From contig VBMA01000079.1 of the NCBI GenBank assembly GCA_005878985.1, forward strand, positions 1 to 42,487: a DNA stretch of 42,487 nucleotides. Reading direction: 5' to 3'. A program made the position numbers and the translations under genes. Each line of letters starts with the position of its first letter. The first letter of the stretch is position 1. This document shows positions 1 through 8,971 of this stretch, piece after piece. Origin of the DNA: Methanobacteriota archaeon (lineage in GTDB: Archaea; Thermoplasmatota; Thermoplasmata; RBG-16-68-12). A model generated the notes under the pieces. That model was given only the letters and a program-made list of their open reading frames with translations, was not told where the DNA came from and searched no databases.

Positions 1-1
1 A

Positions 2-592
2 GGCCACCATCGCATAGTAGTTCAGGGCCTTCAGCAGCGCCGATCCGGAGGCTCGCACGCCCGCCGACGCGTTCAGGCCGGGCACCACGAGGGACGCGTA
101 TCCCGCGGGGTCTCGCTCCTGAATCTCGTGGAGGACCGCGGGCCAGTACTCCGCCGATCCGATCGCCGCGTCCAAGGTGGCCAGGTTCGTTCCCGCCGCG
201 AAGCTCGTGCCCTTCGGCGCGAGGAGCGGGCCGTGCCAGCCGATGTAGTAGATCAGCCGTGTCCCGGAGACGACTTCCTCGGCGCCGCAGCCCGCGTAGA
301 CGGTCAGTTCGTTGGGGACCGTGTTGTTCGGGTTCCGGACCTCCATCCGCAGGACCGCGGGGACCGGCCGGTTCGCGTTGTTCGCCAAGGTCGCCGTCAC
401 GCGGAAGACGTCGCCCGGCACGACGGTCTCCGGGATTCCGTCCACGGTCAGGGTGACCGCGAAGCCCGTCACCTGCACGTCTTTCGACACCGTGTTGCTC
501 AGGGTGGGCGTCAAGATGCCCACCGCGCTGGCCGCCAACAGGACGACCAGCAGGATCGTCGCGCGCGGCCCCAGTTTGATTCGGTTGCCCAT
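2..592 (-). CDS. Secreted/membrane-anchored hypothetical protein, partial (3' end runs off the window)
   Basis: Not in the ORF track. I translated it by hand as MGNRIKLGPRATILLVVLLAASAVGILTPTLSNTVSKDVQVTGFAVTLTVDGIPETVVPGDVFRVTATLANN..., open to base 2. It has a basic N-terminus plus hydrophobic helix, then a beta-rich Ig-like stretch, with an SD-like GGTGAGG about 9 nt upstream of the ATG. Confidence 0.75.
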   Translation of the reverse strand, partial: MGNRIKLGPRATILLVVLLAASAVGILTPTLSNTVSKDVQVTGFAVTLTVDGIPETVVPGDVFRVTATLANNANRPVPAVLRMEVRNPNNTVPNELTVYAGCGAEEVVSGTRLIYYIGWHGPLLAPKGTSFAAGTNLATLDAAIGSAEYWPAVLHEIQERDPAGYASLVVPGLNASAGVRASGSALLKALNYYAMVA

Positions 593-746
593 CGTTCGCA
601 CCTCACCCGCCTCACCGAGGCGGGGCGAGACGGTTCACCGTCGCAAGGCGGGCATAAGCGGGGCGCGTGCATGCATCGTGCACGTAGGTCGAGATTCCGG
701 TCGGCTCCGCGGCAGCCTTATTGGCGGAGGGAGCTGTCGGCAGGAC

Positions 747-1697
747 GTGCAGTTCGTCATCCTCGGCGCGAAAGGATCGATTGGAGGGGCGGTCGTGCGG
801 CGTGCCCGGTTCTCGGGCCATAAGGTCCGAGCCGTCGTCCGGCCCTCGGCAGGTCAGGATCGATTCCCGGCCGGTACGGAGGTTGTCCACGCGGATTTAC
901 AATCGCGGGAGTCGGTGGTCGAGGCGGCTCGCGGCGCCGACGTGGTCGTACACGCCGCGAATGTTCCATACCCCGAGTGGCCTAAACTCGTGCCGGTGCT
1001 CGCGGAGAATGCGCTCGCAGCGGCGGAGGCCGCAGGCGCTATCTTGGCGTTCCCGGGCAACGTGTACGTCTACGGCCACCCGCGATCGCGGCCCGTGCGG
1101 GAAGACCATCCGCAGGAACCGAACACGCAGAAGGGGAAGTTGCGGCTCCGTGTTGAGCAGATGATCCTACAAGCCCACCGAGACGGGCGGGTGCGGGTTG
1201 TCCTCCCGCGGTATCCGGACTTCTACGGTCCTGGCATCATGCATGAGATCTTCCAGCCGATCTTCGAGGGAGCCGTCCGCGGGCAGCCATGCCGATGGCC
1301 ATTGGATGCGGACGCACCGCACGAGTTCATCCTCATCGACGATGCCGCCGAGGCGCTGTTGAAGCTTGTCGCGACGCCCGCCGCTCACGGCCGCGCCGTC
1401 CATGTCCCCGGCCCCCGCCCGATTACACCGAGGGAATTCATCCGCCTCGCGTACGCGTCGGCCGGTCCGGGAGAACCGAGGATTCGGGTGTTCGGTCGCG
1501 GGACGTTTCGATTCGTCGGCCTGTTCAACCGTTTGGCACGTTCCGCGTACGAAATGGCGTACCTGTTCGACGACCCGGTCTTGCTCGATGGATCCCTCTA
1601 CCGGTCCTTGACGGGCGGCCCATATCCGGCAACACTCTACGAGGACGGAGTGCGTCGGACGATGGACTGGTTCCGCTCCCATCGGACAACATCTTAA
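747..1697 (+). CDS. NAD-dependent epimerase/dehydratase family protein (atypical SDR)
   Basis: Rossmann motif ILGAKGSIG right after GTG at 747, plus NVYVYG and RYPDFYGPG. The track's start at 312 overlaps the divergent gene. TATA-like CCTTATT lies about 25 nt upstream of 747. Confidence 0.85.
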   Translation: MQFVILGAKGSIGGAVVRRARFSGHKVRAVVRPSAGQDRFPAGTEVVHADLQSRESVVEAARGADVVVHAANVPYPEWPKLVPVLAENALAAAEAAGAILAFPGNVYVYGHPRSRPVREDHPQEPNTQKGKLRLRVEQMILQAHRDGRVRVVLPRYPDFYGPGIMHEIFQPIFEGAVRGQPCRWPLDADAPHEFILIDDAAEALLKLVATPAAHGRAVHVPGPRPITPREFIRLAYASAGPGEPRIRVFGRGTFRFVGLFNRLARSAYEMAYLFDDPVLLDGSLYRSLTGGPYPATLYEDGVRRTMDWFRSHRTTS

Positions 1698-1737
1698 TAG
1701 CGCGGCGGTTCGTTCTTCAACGGCGGAGGCTTCTGCA

Positions 1738-2907
1738 TTGACGGACGTCGTTCTCGCGGGCGCCTCCCGCACTCCCGTCGGCAAGTACGGCCGCGCCTTC
1801 CGGAACGTCGAAGCAGTCAAACTCGGGAGCACGGCGATCGCCGAGGCCGTGAATCGCGCCGGCCTCGTCCCCGCCGACATCGAGGAGGTCATCATGGGCA
1901 ATGTGATCTCCGCCGGTCTGGGGCAGAACCCGGCGCGCCAAGCCGCGTTATCCGCCGGCCTACCCGATCGCGTCGGCGCTGTGACGGTCAACAAAGTGTG
2001 CGGCTCGGGGCTGCAAGCCGTGATGTTCGCGTCGGACATGATCCGCGCGGGCTCCGCCGATGTCGTCCTGGCGGGGGGCATGGAATCGATGAGCCGCGCC
2101 CCGTACCTGGTCAAAGAGGCGCGGTGGGGAATCGGAATCAACAACGTGCCCTTCATCGATGCGATGGTCCACGACGGCCTGTGGGATGCGTACAACCAGT
2201 TCCACATGGGCGTCACCGGCGAGATCGTCGCGGAGCGATTCAAGATCAGCCGAGAGGACATGGATCGTTTTGCACTGGAGAGCCATCGACGCGCCGCGTC
2301 CGCGACCCAAGAGGGCAGGTTCAAGGAGCAGATCGTGCCCGTGGACGTCCCCGGAGCGGGCCGCATCGAGGTCGACGAAGGGATCCGGATGGACACGTCC
2401 CTCGAGAAGCTCTCGAAACTCCCGCCGGTTTTCCGCGAGGGCGGACAGGTGACCGCCGGGAACGCGTCCCAGTTGAGCGATGGCGGCGCCGCGATGGTCG
2501 TCATGTCCAAAGAGGCGGCGGACCGACACGACGTCACGCCGCTGGCCCGCGTCGTCGCGTATAACACGGCCGGCGTTAAGCCAGAATGGGTGATGGAGGC
2601 TCCGATCCCCGGGGTCCGGAAGCTCCTGAAGAAGACGGGCATGTCGGTCGACGACATCGACCTCTTCGAGCACAACGAGGCGTATGCCGCCGCGAGCCTC
2701 GCGGTGATGCGGGAGCTGGGCATTCCGCCCGAGAAGCTCAACGTGAACGGCGGTGCGTTGGCGCTCGGCCACCCGATCGGCTGCAGCGGTGCGCGTGTCT
2801 TGACGACCCTGGTGTACGCAATGAAGGATCGCGGCGCGAAGCGCGGACTCGCGACCCTCTGCCTCGGCGGCGGCAACGCGGTCTCGATGATCGTTGAACG
2901 ACCGTAA
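1738..2907 (+). CDS. atoB: Acetyl-CoA C-acetyltransferase (thiolase)
   Basis: Catalytic motifs NKVCGSG, NEAYA, GHPIGCSG and CLGGG. Confidence 0.95.
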   Translation: MTDVVLAGASRTPVGKYGRAFRNVEAVKLGSTAIAEAVNRAGLVPADIEEVIMGNVISAGLGQNPARQAALSAGLPDRVGAVTVNKVCGSGLQAVMFASDMIRAGSADVVLAGGMESMSRAPYLVKEARWGIGINNVPFIDAMVHDGLWDAYNQFHMGVTGEIVAERFKISREDMDRFALESHRRAASATQEGRFKEQIVPVDVPGAGRIEVDEGIRMDTSLEKLSKLPPVFREGGQVTAGNASQLSDGGAAMVVMSKEAADRHDVTPLARVVAYNTAGVKPEWVMEAPIPGVRKLLKKTGMSVDDIDLFEHNEAYAAASLAVMRELGIPPEKLNVNGGALALGHPIGCSGARVLTTLVYAMKDRGAKRGLATLCLGGGNAVSMIVERP

Positions 2908-3006
2908 TCACCGAGTTCGTTGCTCGTTTCAGCGACCCGTCACGCAAACTCTTTTAGCACCCGCCACTATCCCCCGTGATTTCCGTTCCCCCGCGAGGCA
3001 TTACGC

Positions 3007-6000
3007 TTGTTACATAAGGTTCGCACGGCCGCTTCAAAAGACGAAGTCCTCCGCCTCATGGAGCCCCTGGTCGGAGACTGGTTCGGGTCGAAGTTCAAAG
3101 GTCTCACGGAGCCCGAGGCGTACGCCGTGCCCCTCATCCACGCGCGGAGGAGTGTCCTCGTTTCATCGCCCACGGGGAGCGGCAAGACGCTCACGGCCTT
3201 CTTGTCCATCATCAACGAGCTGTATGCGAAGCAACTCCGTGGCGAACTTGAGGATCGGATTTATTGTCTGTATGTCTCGCCCCTCAAGGCTCTCGCGAAC
3301 GACATCAACCGCAACCTCGAGGAACCGCTTCGTGAACTGACGCAACTGGCGGAGAAGGAGGGCAAGCCGGTCCCTCTCATCCGGGTCGGGGTCCGATCCG
3401 GCGACACGTCCTCGCAGGAACGCCAGAGACAGGTCCGTCACCCGCCGCATATCTTCATCACGACGCCCGAGAGCATCGCGATCATCCTCAGCACCCCGAA
3501 ATTCCGTGAACACTTTGCGAACGTCGAGTGGGTCATCCTCGACGAAATCCACGAGGTCTGCTCCTCCAAACGCGGTTCCTTGCTTTCGATTTGCCTCGAG
3601 CGCCTTCGCGAGCAGACCGGGCGCGATTTCGTGCGGATTGGCCTGAGCGCGACGATCGCCCCGATCGAGGAGGAAGCGAAATTCCTGGCGGGCTACGAGA
3701 ACGGCAAGGTTCGGGACATGTACATCGTCGAGGTCGATACCCGGAAGGACCTCGACCTCTCGGTCTTGTGTCCGGTGCGTGACATAACCGCCGTGCCGAT
3801 GGAGGTCGCGAACGCTCGGATGTATGACCTCCTTAGCAAGCTGATCGAGGAGCATCGCACGACCCTCATCTTTACGAACACCCGGAGCGGGACCGAGCAC
3901 GTTTCCTTCCGGCTGAAGGAACGCGGCGTCGAAGACCTCGAAGCCCACCACGGCTCTCTGTCGAAAGTCACCCGCCTCGAGGTGGAGCAGAAGCTGAAAG
4001 ACGGTCAACTGAAGGCGGCCGTCTCCTCGACTTCCCTGGAACTGGGGATCGACATCGGTTACATCGACCTCGTCGTCCAGATTGGTTCCCCCAAGTCCGT
4101 CGCGAAAGGGTTGCAACGGATTGGCCGCGCGGGCCATGCGTACGGCGAGACCGCGGTCGGCCGGATGATCGCGTTCGAGCCGTGGGACCTCATGGAATGC
4201 GCGACCCTCGCAAAAGCCGCGTACGACGCCCGGATCGACCGCGTGGACATCCCGAGCAATCCCCTCGATGTCCTCGCCCAGGCGCTCGTCGCGATGTCCC
4301 TTGAGAAACGGTGGGACATCGACGAGGCGTTCGAACTCGTCCGGCGCTCGCACAGCTTCCACGATCTGACGAAGAAGGACTTCCTCGCGGTCCTCGACTA
4401 TCTTTCCTCCCGCAATCCGGACATCAAGGTCTTCGCGAAGATCTGGTTCGACGAGGAAGAAGGCCGCATCGGGAAGAAGAAAGGTACTCGGATGATCTAT
4501 TACACGAACGTCGGGACGATCCCGGAGGAAGGGACCTACCACGTCTTCTCGGAACGAGGATCGCCACTGGGCGAGCTGAGCGAGAAGTTCGTCGAGTACC
4601 TGAGCCCGAGCGACATCTTCGTCCTCGGCGGGCGGACGTACCAGTTCGTCCGCGCTCGCGGGACGTCGGTCTACGTGAAGGACGCGTCCGGCCGCCGCCC
4701 CACGGTGCCCTCGTGGACGGGCGAGATGTTGCCTCGTTCGTTCGACCTCTCGATCGCCGTCGGCGAGTTCCGCCGGGATCTTGCGGGAGAGATCGCCAAG
4801 GACGGGGAGAAGGCCGCGAAGGAGTGGTTGATGAAGGAGTACCACGTCGACACGGGCTCGGCTCAATCCCTCGTTTCGTACGTCCAAGAGCAGGAGGCGT
4901 TAATCCCGTCCCTGCCCACGGACCGACAGGTTCTCCTCGAGGGGTACCTCGACGTCAAAGGGAACCGGAATGTCATCTTCCACTTCCCGTTCGGGCGTCG
5001 GGTAAATGACGCGCTCAGCCGCGCCTTCGCGTTCGCCATCACGGAGGCCCACCACACGAACGTCCGCGTGAGTGTGACGGACGACAACTTCATGGTCACG
5101 GTCCCGCGGCGCATCGAGCTGAAAGGCCTCACGAAACTCGTCACGAGCAAGAACCTCGAGGACCTCCTCCGACGTGCGATCCGCAACACCGAGCTCTTCA
5201 AGCAGCGCTTCCGGCACTGTGCGACACGGTCGTTCATGATCCTCCGCAACTACAAGGGGCGTGAGGTCTCGATCGGCCGGCAACAGTTGCGGTCCCAGCG
5301 GGTGCTCGATTGGCTCCATGAGATCGAGGACTTCCCGGTGGTCAAGGAGACGTACAACGAGATTCTCCACATGGTCATGGACCTGGACCACGCCCGCGAG
5401 ATCCTGCGGCGGATCGAGGCGGGGGAGATCGCAGTCGTCGAGAGCGACTTCAGCAGCCTGCCGTCCCCGTTCGCCCACAACGTCGTGCTCCAAGGCGTCT
5501 CCGACCTCGTCCTCATGGAGGACCGATCCGCGCTGCTGCGGGAGCTCCACCGCAAGGTCCTCGAGCGCGTCATGCCGACGGACCAGATCAGCTCGATTCA
5601 GTTCCAACCTGCCGAGATCGCGGAGTACTTCCGGAAGAAACTACCCAAAGTCGCGCGCAAGGAGGACCTCCTGTCCTATCTTGATCGCGTGGGCGACGCG
5701 AACCTCCTCCAACAGAAGGGACGCACGGTCTTCGAGGTCGCGTCCACGTCCTTCGCCGACGTGCGGAAGTGGTCCGGGCAGCTCATGGACGAAGGTCTCG
5801 TCGAGAGCGTGTGGACTCCGCAAGGCATCCACTGGACGCCGAAGGATCTCCTGCCCACCTACGTTGCGGTCTACGCGCAGCGGTCTCGGCTCAAGCCGCC
5901 CGAAGACAAGGTGCTCATGCTCATCAAGGAGAAATCGCGGACTCACAAGGATCTCGCCCGCCTCACAAAACTGGAGAAGGACGACCTGAACGAGGCGTTG

Positions 6001-8418
6001 CGCAAGCTCGAGCGCGCGTACCTCATCGGTCGGCGAGGGGTCGAGGAGACGACCTACTTCGTACGCGAACCGCAACGGGCGAACTTCGAGGAGTCCTTGG
6101 ACAAGATCCTCACGAAGCGGCTGGAGGTCGACGGTCCGTACAGCGCGCAGGAGCTCGCCGTCGCCCTGGGCCTGGAGCCGGAGCTCGTCGAGGAAGTCCT
6201 GCGGGACCTGGAGTCGGAGGGCGTCGTCTCGTCCGGGCACTTCCTCGTCGACAAAGAATTCCAGTTCATGATGACCCGGGACCTCCAGCGCCTCCAGCGG
6301 AAGGACGAGACGCGCGAGGTGTTCGACGAGAACCAGGTGAAGGCCTTCCTGCTCGAGAAGCAGTTCGCGAGCATCGAGACCCTCGACGACTACTTCGACC
6401 GCTTCCTCGAGGCCGGCATGGTCCTCGACATCTACAATCACACGGCCCGTTTCGACTACACGGAATGGCTGCGGCGGCGGGAGGCCGGCGACATCCTCGA
6501 GGGCCGCTTCCTGAACGGCCGCGTGCGGTACATCCGCACGAAGGACGTGCCGCTCTTCCTCTCCGCCTTCCCGCGGAGCCCGCTCAGCGACTTCGAGAAG
6601 AAAGTCCTCGACGTGATTCGTGAAGGGGACGGGATGGACCTCTGGGCGATCAACGCGAAGGTCCGCGCGGAGCGGGAACAGGTCAAGGAGGCCCTGGACA
6701 AACTCGACTACGACGTCTACGTGATCCGTCGCTTCCAAGGGGACGGATGGACCGCGCGCAACCTGTACGTCGCGTTCGATCCACCCCATTCGAAGGTGGC
6801 GAACGCCTTCGAGACGATCGTGCGGCGATTCCTCGCGGCGTACGGCCCTGTGCCGTTCTCCGGCATCCGAGAGTGGGCGCGGTTCGAGTGGGACGAGCTC
6901 GAGCGGCTCCTGGACCGTCTCGAACAGGACGGGGTCGTCACGCGGATTCTCGTGACGGGTAAGGCGGAGTCGGAGATGTACGTCCTCGCCGAGGACCTCC
7001 CGGCCCTCCGGAAAGCTGCGGGGAAGGCGGGTACGGATCCGATGCGGGTCCTGTCCCTCCTCGATCCGTGGACGCAGGCGCTGTGGGCCCAGGTCGCCAG
7101 TCGCTACGGGGAGGGCTGGTTCTTCCCCTTAGTCAAGGACGGCGATCTCGTCGGAATGGCAGAGATCTGGGAGATGAGCGGATGCATCGAGGTCCGCGAA
7201 ATGGACCTCGCCTCACCCGATCAGTTGGACGAGGCGATCGCCGCCCTCACCCACATGATGGGGTTCTACGCGATGCGCGGCGTCGACGTGCTGCGCGTCA
7301 CCCGATTCCAGGCGAAGAACGTCCCGGAGGCGGAGGACCTGTCCCACTGGACTCGAGCGGGCTTCATCCGGTTCTCCGATTTCCTCGCTCACGGTCCGAT
7401 TGTCCCGCGGGACTTCGACCCGGCCGACCTCCTCGCGCTCGCCCTTACGAAACAGGGCATCGCCCCCGACTCTCGCTTCGCCGATCCAATCGCCGCGGCC
7501 AAGGCCCTCGGAGGGCTGCGGTCCGATTTCGCGGCCCGGCTCCGGGTGAAGGAGTTCCGCCCGCTCGAACGGCTTCATCGGAGCGGGCTGCTCGCCAAAG
7601 GCCTCGCGATTCCGGAATACTGGACGTACTGCACCGAAGCGGACCTGAGCCTCTACAAGGCGGCCAAAGCGACCCGCCTGACGAAGGAGATGAAGGCCAC
7701 CCTCCGCATCATCCAGGAAGAGGGACCGATCTCCCGCCAGCGGCTCCTCATCCTCTCGGACCTGAGCCGGCCTGCGACGACGGCCGCGCTTCGCAAACTG
7801 TACGAGGGCCTCCATGTGACCCGGGATTCGGACAACCGGTACCGCCTGGTCTCCGACATGAAGATCAGCCGCGATGACGCCCGGCGGGAGGTCCTGCGGC
7901 GGATCATCCGCAGCCTCGGGGTGACGTCGGCCGAAGCGCTCGCTGCCTACACGCGGTTCGAGTACAACATGGGGGAGACCCGCCTGCGGTTGCGGGAGTT
8001 TGTGGCCGAAGGATGGCTCGTCAAAGGGTTCCTTGCCCGGGGCGAGCGAACCGTGATGTGGGCCGTGAAGGACGGTCTCGAACAGATCGGGCATGCGGAT
8101 TTCCGCCGGAAGTTCGTCCTGACGCCCCTCGACAACCTGTTCCTCTATTTGCGCGAGGCGATCGTCGACAAGTTCCACATGGGGTCCTGCTACGTCGTGT
8201 TCGACGGGGCCGAGATGGTCGCGGCGTTCAAGGCTCGCCGCCGGAAGTGGGAGCTCCTTGTCACCGAGTTCCAAGGCGAACCCGCCGCCCGGAGGATCGT
8301 CGAGGCATGGGAAGCGGAGAATGAGCTCGCGGTCGAGGAGCAAGTCGACCGGATCTCGGACCACGAGGTCATGGAGTGGTACGCGAAAATGTATGGGCGC
8401 GGAGCCGCGGAGCGCTAA
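3007..8418 (+). CDS. lhr: Lhr-family ATP-dependent DExH helicase with long, internally repeated winged-helix (AlkZ/YcaQ-like) C-terminus
   Basis: SPTGSGKT (motif I), YVSPLKALANDI (Ia), DEIH (II), SAT (III), SSTSLELGIDIG (V), QRIGRAGH (VI), followed by the Lhr core and about 940 aa of extra C-terminal sequence. Confidence 0.93.
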   Translation: MLHKVRTAASKDEVLRLMEPLVGDWFGSKFKGLTEPEAYAVPLIHARRSVLVSSPTGSGKTLTAFLSIINELYAKQLRGELEDRIYCLYVSPLKALANDINRNLEEPLRELTQLAEKEGKPVPLIRVGVRSGDTSSQERQRQVRHPPHIFITTPESIAIILSTPKFREHFANVEWVILDEIHEVCSSKRGSLLSICLERLREQTGRDFVRIGLSATIAPIEEEAKFLAGYENGKVRDMYIVEVDTRKDLDLSVLCPVRDITAVPMEVANARMYDLLSKLIEEHRTTLIFTNTRSGTEHVSFRLKERGVEDLEAHHGSLSKVTRLEVEQKLKDGQLKAAVSSTSLELGIDIGYIDLVVQIGSPKSVAKGLQRIGRAGHAYGETAVGRMIAFEPWDLMECATLAKAAYDARIDRVDIPSNPLDVLAQALVAMSLEKRWDIDEAFELVRRSHSFHDLTKKDFLAVLDYLSSRNPDIKVFAKIWFDEEEGRIGKKKGTRMIYYTNVGTIPEEGTYHVFSERGSPLGELSEKFVEYLSPSDIFVLGGRTYQFVRARGTSVYVKDASGRRPTVPSWTGEMLPRSFDLSIAVGEFRRDLAGEIAKDGEKAAKEWLMKEYHVDTGSAQSLVSYVQEQEALIPSLPTDRQVLLEGYLDVKGNRNVIFHFPFGRRVNDALSRAFAFAITEAHHTNVRVSVTDDNFMVTVPRRIELKGLTKLVTSKNLEDLLRRAIRNTELFKQRFRHCATRSFMILRNYKGREVSIGRQQLRSQRVLDWLHEIEDFPVVKETYNEILHMVMDLDHAREILRRIEAGEIAVVESDFSSLPSPFAHNVVLQGVSDLVLMEDRSALLRELHRKVLERVMPTDQISSIQFQPAEIAEYFRKKLPKVARKEDLLSYLDRVGDANLLQQKGRTVFEVASTSFADVRKWSGQLMDEGLVESVWTPQGIHWTPKDLLPTYVAVYAQRSRLKPPEDKVLMLIKEKSRTHKDLARLTKLEKDDLNEALRKLERAYLIGRRGVEETTYFVREPQRANFEESLDKILTKRLEVDGPYSAQELAVALGLEPELVEEVLRDLESEGVVSSGHFLVDKEFQFMMTRDLQRLQRKDETREVFDENQVKAFLLEKQFASIETLDDYFDRFLEAGMVLDIYNHTARFDYTEWLRRREAGDILEGRFLNGRVRYIRTKDVPLFLSAFPRSPLSDFEKKVLDVIREGDGMDLWAINAKVRAEREQVKEALDKLDYDVYVIRRFQGDGWTARNLYVAFDPPHSKVANAFETIVRRFLAAYGPVPFSGIREWARFEWDELERLLDRLEQDGVVTRILVTGKAESEMYVLAEDLPALRKAAGKAGTDPMRVLSLLDPWTQALWAQVASRYGEGWFFPLVKDGDLVGMAEIWEMSGCIEVREMDLASPDQLDEAIAALTHMMGFYAMRGVDVLRVTRFQAKNVPEAEDLSHWTRAGFIRFSDFLAHGPIVPRDFDPADLLALALTKQGIAPDSRFADPIAAAKALGGLRSDFAARLRVKEFRPLERLHRSGLLAKGLAIPEYWTYCTEADLSLYKAAKATRLTKEMKATLRIIQEEGPISRQRLLILSDLSRPATTAALRKLYEGLHVTRDSDNRYRLVSDMKISRDDARREVLRRIIRSLGVTSAEALAAYTRFEYNMGETRLRLREFVAEGWLVKGFLARGERTVMWAVKDGLEQIGHADFRRKFVLTPLDNLFLYLREAIVDKFHMGSCYVVFDGAEMVAAFKARRRKWELLVTEFQGEPAARRIVEAWEAENELAVEEQVDRISDHEVMEWYAKMYGRGAAER

Positions 8419-8479
8419 GTCCCGCGCGCCTCCGACACTCAAGTTCATACCGCCAACTTCGGATTCGGTCCTGATTCCG

Positions 8480-8971
8480 GTGACCGTCCTCGGTGTCGAC
8501 ACGATCGCGATCGTCGTCTCCGATCCGCGAAAGGCGATTGCATGGTATCGGGATGTCCTGGGCCTGGACGTCGCCTACATCGGCCCGAGCGAGCCGAACC
8601 CGGATCCGAGCATTGAGGGGACGCCCGAGAACCCGGGCCACTGGGTGGAACTCGGACCGGGTCGCCCTCGCACTCGCGTCCACCTATGTTTCATGGGCGG
8701 TGAGACCGAGCCCGGGCCCGCGGGCATCACGTTCATCACGGATGACATCCAGGCGGAGTACGAACGGATGCGACACGCCGGCGTCGAGTTCCCGCTTCCG
8801 CCGGAGAAGATGGAATGGGGCGAGTGGCTCGGCCAGTTCGTGGATCCGGACGGGAACGTGTTCGACCTCAAGCAGCCGATCTCCATTGCGGAATGGAAGG
8901 CCCATCCCGCTCGCGCGAAGCCACGGAAGCGTCGTCGGTCAGATAGGCTCAGCCCGCCGACCCGGTTCTAG
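8480..8971 (+). CDS. VOC/glyoxalase/bleomycin-resistance family protein
   Basis: IAIVVSDPRKAIAWYRDVLG ... ITFITDDI ... EWGEWLGQFVDPDGNVFDL. Start placed at GTG 8480, after the lhr stop. Confidence 0.85.
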   Translation: MTVLGVDTIAIVVSDPRKAIAWYRDVLGLDVAYIGPSEPNPDPSIEGTPENPGHWVELGPGRPRTRVHLCFMGGETEPGPAGITFITDDIQAEYERMRHAGVEFPLPPEKMEWGEWLGQFVDPDGNVFDLKQPISIAEWKAHPARAKPRKRRRSDRLSPPTRF

